NCBI GenBank assembly: GCA_038851325.1
Contig: JAWCKZ010000003.1
Coordinates: 930 to 64,929 of the forward strand
Origin: Candidatus Bilamarchaeaceae archaeon
GTDB lineage: Archaea > Micrarchaeota > Micrarchaeia > Anstonellales > Bilamarchaeaceae
Direction of reading: 5' to 3'
DNA: 64,000 nucleotides
Each line of letters starts with the position of its first letter. Position 1 is the first letter of the stretch. Both the position numbers and the translations under genes were made by a program. The notes beneath the pieces are model-generated. The model ran no database searches and had not been told where the DNA came from. It saw only the letters and a list, made by a program, of their open reading frames with translations. Below are positions 1 to 10,174 of the stretch, in pieces.

Positions 1-72
1 AATTAATCTGGGCACAAGATTGCTACCTATGAAACCAGTTGCACCGGTAACCAAAATTCTGCTTTTTTTCAT
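1..72 (-). CDS. NAD-dependent epimerase/dehydratase, N-terminus only (runs off window)
   Basis: Reverse strand reads MKKSRILVTGATGFIGSNLVPRLI (TGxxGxxG); ATGA overlap with the stop of the upstream gene. Confidence 0.85.
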   Translation of the reverse strand, partial: MKKSRILVTGATGFIGSNLVPRLI

Positions 73-1838
73 TTTTTCACTTCTTTTTTGCGGATCATAA
101 AATTGCCGCACTGTGCATACTTTAGATCAGAATTATCAAGAGTAAAAAAGAGTTCATCAATGAAACCAACAAGAGGATAACCGTGAACGTTAAGTGATGT
201 GTTTAGTATTCCGCCAATACCAGAGAGCTCTTTGTAATGGTTCAAAAGCTTCCAGTATCTTTGATTATGTTTTGCTATCACAACATTGGGGCGCATTGTA
301 TAGTCCTTTCTATGAATGGCGGCTTTTAGGTTATTTTTCCCTTTTTCTGTTGTATCGAAGGTCGTAATCATATAGAAAGGCATTGATTTATGGCTTGGGT
401 GCGCATACTCCTCAAAATGCGAATCTAATACCGAACAAGCAAACGGCATCCAGAAATCCCTGCATTTTATTGTATTGTTTATCAATTCTATAGACTCTAA
501 CTTGGATGGGTCCGCTAATATTGCTCTATTTCCAAGACTACGCGCGCCCCATTCACCCCTACCACAAAATCGTCCTACAATTTTACCTTCGTTTACTAAT
601 TCCACAACTTCTTTCTCAGCATCTTTCACGTGCTCGATTTCATACTTTTTATCCAAATTTCTTTCACTAAGATAGCGCTCGATCTCAGCGTCGCTGTATT
701 CTTTTCCAAGATAAACTACTTCGTCAGACTTTCCGAACTCGCCTTTGTTTTCTAATGCCCAGAATGCTGCCCCTATCGCGACTGACTCATCGCCCGCAGA
801 CGGCATGAAATAACATTTTTCAACTTCTGATAGTTCTTGTATTTTTTTATTTAGCTTTACATTCATAAAAAGTCCGCCGCCAAAAGCAACCTTCTTAATC
901 TTATATCTCTTAATATTATCGAGAACAAATTTAATTGTTGTATCTTCAATTAGTTTCTGAATGCAGAAAGCAATATTATCAAATCGTTCTTCATGAAGAC
1001 GTTCTTGAAAGACATATTTACAAAAAGCGTAAGGAAGAAATAATTTGTATTTCAAGGATATGTTACCGTCTGAAACGTTTACAAGGTCTTTAAATTGTTT
1101 TTCATACAAAGGAAGCGCGTATTTCGGACTAGCATACGGTGCGAGACCCATTATTTTATATTCGTGCTCTCCTGGCTTCATACCCAAATAAAGTGTTATT
1201 GATTCGTATAACCTAGCTACAGAATCAGATGCATCTATTTTATTTAACATAGTATATTTTCCATTTTCATATACCCCAACAGTACCAGAAAGAAAATCTC
1301 CCGAACCATCTTGAGTTATTATTAATATTGGTTCATGGCTCTTATGAAGGTTGAAGAAGCCCACGGGTGCGAACGCATGCGAGAGGTGGTGAAGATTAAA
1401 AAGAATTTGTGATTCTTTGAAACCAAACTTAGTTTTCATCATTTTTTTGAATGCCCCTTGATCTATTCCGCAAGATAAAGAACCAAGAATATTACGAATG
1501 GCACGATGAATATGATGTACGCCAGGTGCATATCTGATTCCCAGTGATAATACATCACGAACCAAATCGATTCTTCTAATGTCATTCAAACTTGCAGGCA
1601 GAATATTTGTAAATTTTGCACCTCCTGGCCTATAGTAGCTACTTGAAAAGACAACATAGTCGATGTCAGAAGGAGAGAGATTATAAGAGTTAAACATATA
1701 AGTGAGCGACCTCTCAGGAAAACCACCTGTATTCTTGATATTAGTAAATTTTTCCTCTGAGATAGCACAGGTTAGAACGTTATCTTTTATCAGAGCCACG
1801 GTCGCATTATGCCCAACATGTATTCCAATAATATTCAT
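69..1838 (-). CDS. O-carbamoyltransferase (NodU/CmcH/TobZ family)
   Basis: GH-N-x-EEKF start, HHLSHA, DGSGD, EYKIMGLAPY, GGGLFMNVK, EWGARSLGNR, RDFWMPFA, LNTSLN; start moved to the ATG after a GGAGG. Confidence 0.92.
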   Translation of the reverse strand: MNIIGIHVGHNATVALIKDNVLTCAISEEKFTNIKNTGGFPERSLTYMFNSYNLSPSDIDYVVFSSSYYRPGGAKFTNILPASLNDIRRIDLVRDVLSLGIRYAPGVHHIHRAIRNILGSLSCGIDQGAFKKMMKTKFGFKESQILFNLHHLSHAFAPVGFFNLHKSHEPILIITQDGSGDFLSGTVGVYENGKYTMLNKIDASDSVARLYESITLYLGMKPGEHEYKIMGLAPYASPKYALPLYEKQFKDLVNVSDGNISLKYKLFLPYAFCKYVFQERLHEERFDNIAFCIQKLIEDTTIKFVLDNIKRYKIKKVAFGGGLFMNVKLNKKIQELSEVEKCYFMPSAGDESVAIGAAFWALENKGEFGKSDEVVYLGKEYSDAEIERYLSERNLDKKYEIEHVKDAEKEVVELVNEGKIVGRFCGRGEWGARSLGNRAILADPSKLESIELINNTIKCRDFWMPFACSVLDSHFEEYAHPSHKSMPFYMITTFDTTEKGKNNLKAAIHRKDYTMRPNVVIAKHNQRYWKLLNHYKELSGIGGILNTSLNVHGYPLVGFIDELFFTLDNSDLKYAQCGNFMIRKKEVKK

Positions 1839-1871
1839 AATCGCATCCTCCAAAATTACAAACATCAGACC

Positions 1872-2870
1872 CTAATAATTCTTAAATCTGTAATCCCTGA
1901 ATGCCTGATAGCCTTTTATAAGCTCCTCTATGCCGTCCTCCAAAGAGTACTTGTAAACAAACCCAGTTTTCTGTATTTTCTCCGTTGAAACAATATAATT
2001 TCGCTTGTCAGGATCCTGCCCTATTTCTGCATAAAAAATGTTAAACTCAGGTATCTTCTTTTTAATCAGGAGACAAAGTTCTTCTTTCGAAAGATTATAA
2101 TCGGGATGGCCAAGATTAAAGATGTTGTTTTTCATTTTTTCCCAGCGCACCATCGCCCACAAAAATCCTCTGGCAGCATCACGAACGTGAAGGAAATTGC
2201 GTTTGAATGCACGCTCGAAGAGAACTATGCTTTTCTCATTTATTGCTTTAAGAACAAAGTCGTTGACTAATAAATCCGTTCTCATCCTGGGCGAAAAGCC
2301 AAAAAGAGTTGCAAGCCTGAAAGAGATTGCGCCTCCGGCTGCCATTATCGCCTTCTCAGCCTCTGCTTTGCTTTTCCCATATGTGGAAATCGGATTCAGC
2401 GGCGATTCTTCTGTGCAGTAGGTCTCGCCAGTCGTGGTGCCGTAACCGGAGTTCGTATTTGGGAATATTATCTTTTCTCCCTTATTTCTGTGCTTTAAAA
2501 GATTGACTATTGCCTGGTGATTAACCAACCACGTTATCTCAGGTTTTTGCTCAGAAATTGGAAAGCCGACAATCGCGGCAAGGGGAAAAACAAAGTCGAA
2601 ATTCCTTTGCGAAAGCAAATTAGCGATCAACTTCTCATTGGTAACATCGCCGTATATGAATTCGAGTTTTTTTGTATGGAATAGGTTAAACAACGTATTC
2701 TGAGCGTATGATAAATTGTCAACAACAGTAACGCGAAATCCTCTTTGAACAAGCATTTCAACTAACACAGAGCCGAGATAGCCAGAACCGCCGGTGACGA
2801 GAACTGATACGCCTTCTTCTGCTAATTTCTTCAATCGCGCTTCTGTTGCGCCGTCAAAATCCTCAAGCAT
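1872..2870 (-). CDS. NAD-dependent sugar-nucleotide epimerase/dehydratase (extended SDR)
   Basis: VTGGSGYLGS, YGKSK catalytic motif, RLATLFG. Confidence 0.9.
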   Translation of the reverse strand: MLEDFDGATEARLKKLAEEGVSVLVTGGSGYLGSVLVEMLVQRGFRVTVVDNLSYAQNTLFNLFHTKKLEFIYGDVTNEKLIANLLSQRNFDFVFPLAAIVGFPISEQKPEITWLVNHQAIVNLLKHRNKGEKIIFPNTNSGYGTTTGETYCTEESPLNPISTYGKSKAEAEKAIMAAGGAISFRLATLFGFSPRMRTDLLVNDFVLKAINEKSIVLFERAFKRNFLHVRDAARGFLWAMVRWEKMKNNIFNLGHPDYNLSKEELCLLIKKKIPEFNIFYAEIGQDPDKRNYIVSTEKIQKTGFVYKYSLEDGIEELIKGYQAFRDYRFKNY

Positions 2871-2924
2871 TAAACATTCCACCCTTACGAAATTATAAAA
2901 GTTTTCCTTTTTAAAATAAATCTT

Positions 2925-3962
2925 ATGAAAACACTTTACGTAAAGGCGCGCGCACCGTCGAGAATAGGAATCGGTGGTGGCGGCTCAGACCTTCCTGCTT
3001 TCTTTGAAAGATACGGTGGTGCTGCGCTAAACGTTGCAATTGACCTTTACTCTTATACGAAGATGCATGTAAATGGCAGCAACGTTACAAGGATAACCTC
3101 GCATGACTGGGAAGTGGTGAGGGAGATAACGGATACGACGCTTGAGTTCGACCTAAACAAGAAAGACAATGTCGACATAATAAAGGCAGTAATGAAAGAA
3201 TGCGGCCTTGACCCTCGTGACGGCTATGAAATCCTTATACATTCTATGGCACCCAGAAACAGCGGGCTTGCAGGCTCATCAGCTCTGCTTGTGTCTCTTC
3301 TGCTTGTAATGTCAAATGTAGCAGGAAAACCTATTCTTGACAGAAAGTTGCTGGCTGAAACAGCAATAGATATAGAAAGAAACATCCTCAAAAGGATAGG
3401 CGGTCATCAGGATCAGTACGCATCTGTTTTTGGCGGGTTTAATTTCATTGAATTTTCAAAAAATGGAACGAAGATATACCCATTAAGGCTGCAGGAGGAC
3501 CTTGTAGCAGAGCTTCATTCAGCCATGATGCTGTTTGAAACACCTTACAGAAGAATAAAACAGGCACACGAGATCGAAAAAAAGAAAGAAGAAGATGTGG
3601 ATAAGGAAGGCGAGAGTGTAGAACATTTGAAGAAGATAAGGGATTACGCATACAAAATGAAGAGTGCGCTGATAGGAGGTGACCTCCAGCAACTGGGAGA
3701 ACTTCTCCATCAATCATGGCTGGAGAAGGAGAAGCTGCCTGGCGTGGCTGATAGCAATATAGACAGGCTCTACAAGATTGCGCTTGACAGCGGCGCATAC
3801 GGTGGCAAGCTGTGCGGAGCGGGGGCAGGCGGCTTTCTGTTCGTAATTGCAGAACTTTCAAACAGAAAGAAAGTTATCAATGCGCTGAAAGGCGAGGGCG
3901 CAAATCTGGTCAATTTTGATTTTGATTTTAAGGGTGCGCTTACATGGAGAACAGCTTATTGA
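2925..3962 (+). CDS. hddA: GHMP kinase, D-glycero-alpha-D-manno-heptose-7-phosphate kinase-like
   Basis: RAPSRIGIGGGGSD, SGLAGSS, GHQDQYASVFGG, GGKLCGAGAGG; adjacent to gmhA. Confidence 0.85.
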   Translation: MKTLYVKARAPSRIGIGGGGSDLPAFFERYGGAALNVAIDLYSYTKMHVNGSNVTRITSHDWEVVREITDTTLEFDLNKKDNVDIIKAVMKECGLDPRDGYEILIHSMAPRNSGLAGSSALLVSLLLVMSNVAGKPILDRKLLAETAIDIERNILKRIGGHQDQYASVFGGFNFIEFSKNGTKIYPLRLQEDLVAELHSAMMLFETPYRRIKQAHEIEKKKEEDVDKEGESVEHLKKIRDYAYKMKSALIGGDLQQLGELLHQSWLEKEKLPGVADSNIDRLYKIALDSGAYGGKLCGAGAGGFLFVIAELSNRKKVINALKGEGANLVNFDFDFKGALTWRTAY

Positions 3963-4522
3963 ACAAAAGACTTGGGGAGCATATCGAAGTAGCGAAGGAA
4001 ATGTGGAAAGATGAAAAGATAGCCCAACAGGTATCGCTGGTCACAAAGAAGATAGTTGAGTGCTACAAAAAAGGTGGGAAGACAGTGTTCTTCGGCAATG
4101 GTGGCTCTGCCGCTGATGCCCAGCATGCGGCAGCAGAATTTATGGGAAAATACCTCAAAGACAGAAAACCGCTTGCCTCGCTTGCGCTGACAACGAACAC
4201 TTCAGCACTTACAGCGATAGGGAATGACTATGGATACGAAGATGTCTTCAAAAGGCAGCTCGAAGGTCTGCTGAAAAAAGAGGATGTTGTCATCGGCATT
4301 TCAACAAGCGGAAACTCGCCAAATGTTGTAAAGGCGATTGAATGCGCGAAGAGTAGGGGCGTATTCGCAATAGCCTTCGTCGGAGCAAAAAAATGCAGGC
4401 TTGAGGATATTGCGGACGTATGCATAAAAGTGCCAAGCGAGTCGACACCACGGATCCAGGAAATGCACGAATTCCTACTGCATACGATTTGCGAGATGGT
4501 TGAGAGAGAGCTATTTTCTTAA
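3944..4522 (+). CDS. gmhA: Sedoheptulose-7-phosphate isomerase
   Basis: GNGGSAADAQH, TAIGNDYG, STSGNSPN, RIQEMH. Confidence 0.95.
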   Translation: MENSLLNKRLGEHIEVAKEMWKDEKIAQQVSLVTKKIVECYKKGGKTVFFGNGGSAADAQHAAAEFMGKYLKDRKPLASLALTTNTSALTAIGNDYGYEDVFKRQLEGLLKKEDVVIGISTSGNSPNVVKAIECAKSRGVFAIAFVGAKKCRLEDIADVCIKVPSESTPRIQEMHEFLLHTICEMVERELFS

Positions 4523-5799
4523 TTTTTCAGCCTTTTTTTCAGCAGTTTTTTTATTAATCTAGCGGCCTGAAGAAGATCTGCAGCGACAAAAGATGGAATT
4601 GCCTGATATTTTTTGTCTTGCCCTTTCAAGCCCTTTTTCAGCACGATAGTAGTACAACCAACGCTGTTCCCCATTAATATATCTGCAGAGGAATCGCCTA
4701 CCAGATAAGAACGAGAAAGGTCTATTCCAAACTTTCTCTGAATTTTCAAGAGCATGCCTGGCTTCGGTTTTCTGCAAAGGCAATTATCCTCTGGCTTATG
4801 CGGACAAACAAAAATTCCGTTTATTCTTATTCTGTTTTTCCTGAAAGCAGACAGCATCTTTTCGTGTATTTTTGATAGCGTTGCGGCGGTCGCAATACCG
4901 CGCCCAACCACTGATTGATTCGTGACAATAAAAATCGGTAAATCAAGCTTTGAAAGCACTTTGAGACCGGCAAGCGCGTTTTCTTCAAATACAAATTCGT
5001 CTGGGGTCTTCACATAGTCCGCCATGTGTTTATTAATCACACCGTCGCGGTCAAGAAATATTGCAGCTCTGCCTTTTTTCCTGCTTTTAAAAAATTCTTT
5101 TGCCTGCTGAAGCGATTGATGCGTGCCGATGTCCAAAAAAAAGCCGCAGCCTGCATAAGCAAACAATTTCTTTTTTGCGGCAAAAATAGGAAAGGCACTC
5201 TTTTCTATCGAAAAAACCTTTGGAATTTCGCCTTTTGCTACTAATGAATGCAAATACCTTATCGCTTCTGGGTCAAACAGATAAGCGCCTGCATTAAAAA
5301 AACCAAAACCTGTCTTTTGCTTTTCTAAAAAATACTTCACTCTTCCGCCTTTTTCCAATATTAATGCGCCTCTGCCTGTAAGCTCGCCGCACATCGCGTA
5401 TATGCTAACCAATGAACTTTTTTCTTTATGGAACTTAATAAACTTGTCCAGATCTAGGTTAAAATAAGTGTCTCCATTCAGAAGTAGCACGGGCTTGTCT
5501 GGCGACTGAAAAGCATTGAGAAGAGCGCCGCCTGTCCCAAGAGGTTCCTTTTCCTCGGAATAGGTGATTTTGAGCCCCCATTTTCTACCGTTGCCACAAT
5601 ATTTCTTAATCATTTCTGCTTTATATCCAACAAGAAGAACGACTTCCTCTACACCAAGAGAAGAAATTTGGGAAAGTAAATAAGAAAGAAACGGCTTTTT
5701 GTCTATTCTTAGTAGCGGCTTCGGTAGTTTTAAGGTGAGCGGCCTAAGCCGAGTTCCAAGGCCACCAGCAAGTATAGCCACTATCGGTTTTTTAATCAT
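4519..5799 (-). CDS. Fused heptose-1-phosphate nucleotidyltransferase (HddC-like) and heptose-1,7-bisphosphate phosphatase (GmhB)
   Basis: N-terminal LAGGLGTRL..PKPL, EPLGTGGA; C-terminal FLDRDGVIN, TNQS, CPH...CLCRKPKPG, GDS. Confidence 0.88.
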   Translation of the reverse strand: MIKKPIVAILAGGLGTRLRPLTLKLPKPLLRIDKKPFLSYLLSQISSLGVEEVVLLVGYKAEMIKKYCGNGRKWGLKITYSEEKEPLGTGGALLNAFQSPDKPVLLLNGDTYFNLDLDKFIKFHKEKSSLVSIYAMCGELTGRGALILEKGGRVKYFLEKQKTGFGFFNAGAYLFDPEAIRYLHSLVAKGEIPKVFSIEKSAFPIFAAKKKLFAYAGCGFFLDIGTHQSLQQAKEFFKSRKKGRAAIFLDRDGVINKHMADYVKTPDEFVFEENALAGLKVLSKLDLPIFIVTNQSVVGRGIATAATLSKIHEKMLSAFRKNRIRINGIFVCPHKPEDNCLCRKPKPGMLLKIQRKFGIDLSRSYLVGDSSADILMGNSVGCTTIVLKKGLKGQDKKYQAIPSFVAADLLQAARLIKKLLKKRLKN

Positions 5800-5867
5800 C
5801 TTTGCACCTTTTGATAGATAATATACTCACCTCTATATTTTTAAGCGATGTTAGTAAAATCTATTTC

Positions 5868-6971
5868 ATGAAAATTCTACAGGCGGTGCACGCATTTCCG
5901 CCAAGCCAGGGAGGCATAGAGCATCATGTATATCATCTGAGCAGGCAGCTCGCTGAACTAGGAAACGAAGTTGTTGTTATAACGACGAGGGATAAGGGAA
6001 CGAAGCCAGACGAAGAAGTTGGGGGTATCAGGGTAAAACGGCTTTTTGCAATCAATTTTCCATTTTTTTCTGCTGCAAGACTGCCGCTTGGCGCATGCCT
6101 GGCAATGATAAGGGAGAACGTCGATATTTATGCAAGCCATGGATATGGTTCCATTATGCCGCTCTTCGCAGCCATCGCAGCTGCGCTCAAAGGCAAGCCT
6201 TTCGTTTTCACACTGCACGGATACCCGGAAGTTCACGGCAAAAAGAGAATTTTTTACTATCTCTACAGGTTCTTCATAGCACCCATATTCTTAGCGGTAG
6301 CCAAAAAAGTAATAGTTGTATCGAAAACAACAGCCTGGAAGATTGAGCAAGAGGTAAAAAAAGAAAAGATAGTTTACATACCAAATGGCATTGATGATGA
6401 TTTTGATTGCGATCTGGATTATGAAAACAAAAACAACATAACGTATGTAGGCAGGCTTGATGAGGACAAAGGGGTAGATGTCCTTATCAGGGCATTCGCA
6501 GAAGTCAGGAGAGCAAACCCGGAATTGGCGCTTCAGCTGGTAGGGAAGGACGAAGGTGTGCGGAGCAAGCTTGAAACGCTTGCAAACTCTCTCAATGTGA
6601 AGCTTATTTTTACTGAAGTGCCTTATGAAAAAATGCCAGCCGTCTACTGTGATAGCAAAGCAATAGTCCTTCCAAGCAAATATGAGGGCTTTAGCCTTGT
6701 CTGGCTGGAAGCGATGGCGTCCGGGCGGGCGATGTTCAGCACACCCGTGGGCGAGGCACCGTATCTTTTCGAGCAGGCCTATGAGCAAAACAAGGATCTG
6801 TTCCTATTCAGCGATGAAAAGGAGCTTGTTGAAAAATTACAGAAATTTCTCAAAAACCAGAGCAGGTATAAAAAAATAATAGAGAGAGCAAAATACACTA
6901 TAAAAGAGGAGTATTCTTGGGAAAACGTTGCAAGGCAGACAGCGAATGTATATAGAGAGGCTGGGATATGA
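5868..6971 (+). CDS. Glycosyltransferase family 4 (GT-B)
   Basis: PPSQGGIE, IPNGID, YVGRL..KG, EGFSLVWLEAMASG. Confidence 0.9.
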   Translation: MKILQAVHAFPPSQGGIEHHVYHLSRQLAELGNEVVVITTRDKGTKPDEEVGGIRVKRLFAINFPFFSAARLPLGACLAMIRENVDIYASHGYGSIMPLFAAIAAALKGKPFVFTLHGYPEVHGKKRIFYYLYRFFIAPIFLAVAKKVIVVSKTTAWKIEQEVKKEKIVYIPNGIDDDFDCDLDYENKNNITYVGRLDEDKGVDVLIRAFAEVRRANPELALQLVGKDEGVRSKLETLANSLNVKLIFTEVPYEKMPAVYCDSKAIVLPSKYEGFSLVWLEAMASGRAMFSTPVGEAPYLFEQAYEQNKDLFLFSDEKELVEKLQKFLKNQSRYKKIIERAKYTIKEEYSWENVARQTANVYREAGI

Positions 6972-7915
6972 AAACGCTTATCACAGGTGGGGCGGGTTTT
7001 ATCGGTTCGCACATCGTGGAGGCGCTTGTCCAAAAAAATCATGAGGTCAGAATTCTCGATAATTTTTCAACTGGTAAAAGGGGCAACATCAGCCATTTGG
7101 AAAACAGAATTGAGATAATCGAAGGTGACTTGGCAGACAAAAAAACTGTTGATGAAGCAATAGAAGGAATGGAATGTGTGTTTCATCAGGCAGCGCAGGT
7201 ATCAGTCATCGAATCGATGAAAAATCCTGCAAAAACATGGGATACGAATATAAAGGGAACAAAACTACTTCTCAATGCCGCGGTTAAACACAAGGTAAAG
7301 AAAATTATTTTTGCTTCGAGCGCAGCGGTGTACGGAAACGAGCCTGGATTTCCTAAAAGAGAGGATATGGTAGTTAGACCAACTTCGCCGTATGGTAATT
7401 CGAAACGTATCGGAGAACTTCTAGCGGAAGAGTGCCACAGGAAGTACAAACTAAACGCAATCTGCCTTCGATATTTTAATGTGTACGGACCACGCCAATC
7501 GCCCTGGTCTGAGTATTCCGGTGTCATATCAAAATTCGTATCAAAAATGCTTAAAGGTGAACGACCTGTGATTTACGGTGACGGAAAGCAAACAAGAGAT
7601 TTTGTATACGTAAAGGATGTGGTCAGCGCAAATTTGCTTGCAATGGAAAAACCAGTAGGTTTTGGGGTGTATAACATAGCCACTGGAAAAGAGACAACCC
7701 TGCTAGAACTTACTCAAACGATAAATGAAATCCTAGGAACAGAAATAGAACCGGTGTTTGAACCTGAAAGGCCGGGTGATATAAAGCGCTCGGTGGCGGA
7801 TATATCAAAAGCAATAGCAGAGCTTGGCTATGAACCAAAGTATACTTTAAAAATTGGACTTGAGGAAACAATAGAATGGTATAAGAAAGAACATACGAGC
7901 GGGTTCGATGATTGA
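6968..7915 (+). CDS. UDP-sugar 4-epimerase-like extended SDR
   Basis: TGGAGFIGSH, ASSAAVYG, YGNSK, RYFNVYGP, TRDFVYV. Confidence 0.9.
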   Translation: MKTLITGGAGFIGSHIVEALVQKNHEVRILDNFSTGKRGNISHLENRIEIIEGDLADKKTVDEAIEGMECVFHQAAQVSVIESMKNPAKTWDTNIKGTKLLLNAAVKHKVKKIIFASSAAVYGNEPGFPKREDMVVRPTSPYGNSKRIGELLAEECHRKYKLNAICLRYFNVYGPRQSPWSEYSGVISKFVSKMLKGERPVIYGDGKQTRDFVYVKDVVSANLLAMEKPVGFGVYNIATGKETTLLELTQTINEILGTEIEPVFEPERPGDIKRSVADISKAIAELGYEPKYTLKIGLEETIEWYKKEHTSGFDD

Positions 7916-8819
7916 GATAGAACTCTTTAGGAAAAAATGGAAAAACCCAACAGTGCTTGCATCAGGTGTTCTTGGTACTACCCTTGGAAGCCTGGAAAGA
8001 ATCGCAGAGGAGGGCGCGGGCGCTGTAACCACAAAATCGCTTACCATAGAACCGCGCTCTGGCCACCCAGGTCCGAATGTCATCGAGATTGAATGCGGCC
8101 TCCTTAATGCAATGGGTTACCCGAATCCAGGTATAGAGGAAGGAATAAAGGAGTTCTCAAGATGGAGGAGGCCTGAACCACTCATCTTAAGTATAGCAGG
8201 GAAGAGCGCAGAAGAATTTGCAACAATCGCAGAAAGAATAGAATACTCTGGTTTTAGACCTGCGGCAATTGAAGCAGTTCTCTCCTGCCCTCACACACCG
8301 GGTTATGGTCTTATGGCAGAGCAGACTGGACCAGAATTCGTGCAAAGTGTAACGAGAGCGATAAAGGATAAATGCAAACTGCCTCTCATCATTAAACTGT
8401 CTCCTATAGCCACTGGTGAGGTTGCTGCTGCTAAAGCAGCTGAAGAGGCAGGCGCAGATGCGATAAATATGGGCAACACAGTCGGCCCGGCCATGAAAAT
8501 AGACATCGAACGAAAAAGACCTGTACTCGGGTTTGGACGAGGAGGGCTTAGTGGGCCAGCGATTAAGCCTGTTGTGATGCGGTGCGTTTATGACATTTAC
8601 GAAGCAGTTAAGATACCTATAATAGCAACAGGTGGAGTGACAACTGGCGAGGACGCGATCGAGTATATAATGGCTGGCGCGAGCGCTATTGGGGTAGGAA
8701 CGGGAGTATTTTACAGAACGCCCAGCATTTTCAACAAAGTAGCAAGCGAACTAAAGGAATGGTTGATGGAGCACGGTTATAAAAGTGTAAAAGAGATAAG
8801 GGGTGCTGCGCATGATTAG
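7908..8819 (+). CDS. pyrD: Dihydroorotate dehydrogenase 1B catalytic subunit
   Basis: NPTVLASG, TTKS, NAMGYPNPG, SCPH, GGLSGPAIKP. Confidence 0.93.
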   Translation: MIEIELFRKKWKNPTVLASGVLGTTLGSLERIAEEGAGAVTTKSLTIEPRSGHPGPNVIEIECGLLNAMGYPNPGIEEGIKEFSRWRRPEPLILSIAGKSAEEFATIAERIEYSGFRPAAIEAVLSCPHTPGYGLMAEQTGPEFVQSVTRAIKDKCKLPLIIKLSPIATGEVAAAKAAEEAGADAINMGNTVGPAMKIDIERKRPVLGFGRGGLSGPAIKPVVMRCVYDIYEAVKIPIIATGGVTTGEDAIEYIMAGASAIGVGTGVFYRTPSIFNKVASELKEWLMEHGYKSVKEIRGAAHD

Positions 8820-9600
8820 CCATCCGATGATAACAAGCAAGATCGTGGATATAATAAAGGAGAATAATAACGTAACAACATATGAGATAGACCATCGGCT
8901 TAATGCTTCTCCAGGGCAGTTCATAATGGTGTGGCTCCCGAGCATTGGAGAAAGACCGATGGGAATTGCTGGCGAGGACCCCTTGACAATAACCGTTGCC
9001 CATGTCGGCTCGTTCACAAATGAGATGAGAAAATTGAGAAAGGGCGATCCCCTTTCTTTTCGTGGTCCTTTTGGTAACGGATTCACAATTCCGAAGGCTG
9101 GCGAAAGGGCGCTTATTGTTGGAGGCGGAACAGGTATTGCGCCGCTTTATTTTCTCGCAAAAAAAGCAAGAGAAAGTGGTGCTCTACCATCAATAGTTTT
9201 TGGCGCAAGAAGCGCTTCCCTCTTTATATACAAAAAAAAGCTAGAGAGGATGGCGAAGGAACTCGTATTGACAACAGATGATGGTACAGGAGGGTTAAAG
9301 GGAACGGTAATGGTTGGTATCGAAGAGGCTGAAAGACACGGAAGAATAGATAGGGTGTACACATGCGGGCCAGAAAGAATGATGGTTGCAGTAGTCAAGT
9401 GGGCCTATGATAAAGGTATCCCATGCGAGGCAAGCCTCGAGAGATATATGAAGTGTGGAATTGGAGTTTGCGGCTCATGCACCATTGGAAAGCATAGGGT
9501 GTGCGCAGATGGTCCGGTTTTCCCTGGCGAGCTTCTGCTAAAAATACCTGAGTTTGGGTCTGTAAAAAGGGACGGAAGCGGTAGGCTAACTCCGCTTTGA
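8812..9600 (+). CDS. pyrK: Dihydroorotate dehydrogenase electron-transfer subunit
   Basis: PGQFIMV, GPFGNGF, GGGTGIAP, CGPE, MKCGIGVCGSC..VCADGPVF (2Fe-2S). Confidence 0.92.
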   Translation: MISHPMITSKIVDIIKENNNVTTYEIDHRLNASPGQFIMVWLPSIGERPMGIAGEDPLTITVAHVGSFTNEMRKLRKGDPLSFRGPFGNGFTIPKAGERALIVGGGTGIAPLYFLAKKARESGALPSIVFGARSASLFIYKKKLERMAKELVLTTDDGTGGLKGTVMVGIEEAERHGRIDRVYTCGPERMMVAVVKWAYDKGIPCEASLERYMKCGIGVCGSCTIGKHRVCADGPVFPGELLLKIPEFGSVKRDGSGRLTPL

Positions 9601-10134
9601 AGATATCATTGCTAGGTCATCCCCAGCCTCGAACGCACCATCAGTATATATTCTAAATCGCCTTCCTTCTTTTCTAATAAACTCGAAACCAAGAGCCTCG
9701 TCATCGCTGCCAAACCAACGTGTTAGTGCGTTTCCTATACAATACTGTGTATTAACTACTCTGCCGTCAACCTCTGCAAAACTATCCCCGGCTGATGCTA
9801 TCTCGATCAACCCTTTCTTTTTTCTCAGTATTATCGCAGTAGTTTGCATCTCGCCTATTTCTTCTGCCCATGTTAAAACAGCGGGCTTAAAATCTCGTAT
9901 TTTAAGAAGATCCACCAACTCTGGCATCCTCTCAGCCACAGCAGCAGCATCCCGTCCGCCACCGCCATACCCTTCATCAGTTATACTGATTCCATCAAAA
10001 ACAGCATATAAGTGCAAATTTTCATTGATGTAGGCAGCGTCATCGCAGCCCCAGTAGTGAGAAGCTCCCCATCGGTATCTAAGGACGCAAGTAAGAAAGG
10101 TAATGCGCTTTTCTTCGCCGATATTCAACTTCAT
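9586..10134 (-). CDS. Minimal PP2C/PPM-family protein phosphatase-like protein
   Basis: CDDA, YAVFDGI, GGRDAA, TTA, AGDS, LTRWFG, YTDG, DDLAMI; start may be 10170. Confidence 0.65.
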   Translation of the reverse strand: MKLNIGEEKRITFLTCVLRYRWGASHYWGCDDAAYINENLHLYAVFDGISITDEGYGGGGRDAAAVAERMPELVDLLKIRDFKPAVLTWAEEIGEMQTTAIILRKKKGLIEIASAGDSFAEVDGRVVNTQYCIGNALTRWFGSDDEALGFEFIRKEGRRFRIYTDGAFEAGDDLAMISSKRS

Positions 10135-10174
10135 ATCGCCAATTACTCCTTGAGCGGCTAGAAGTTCCATACAA

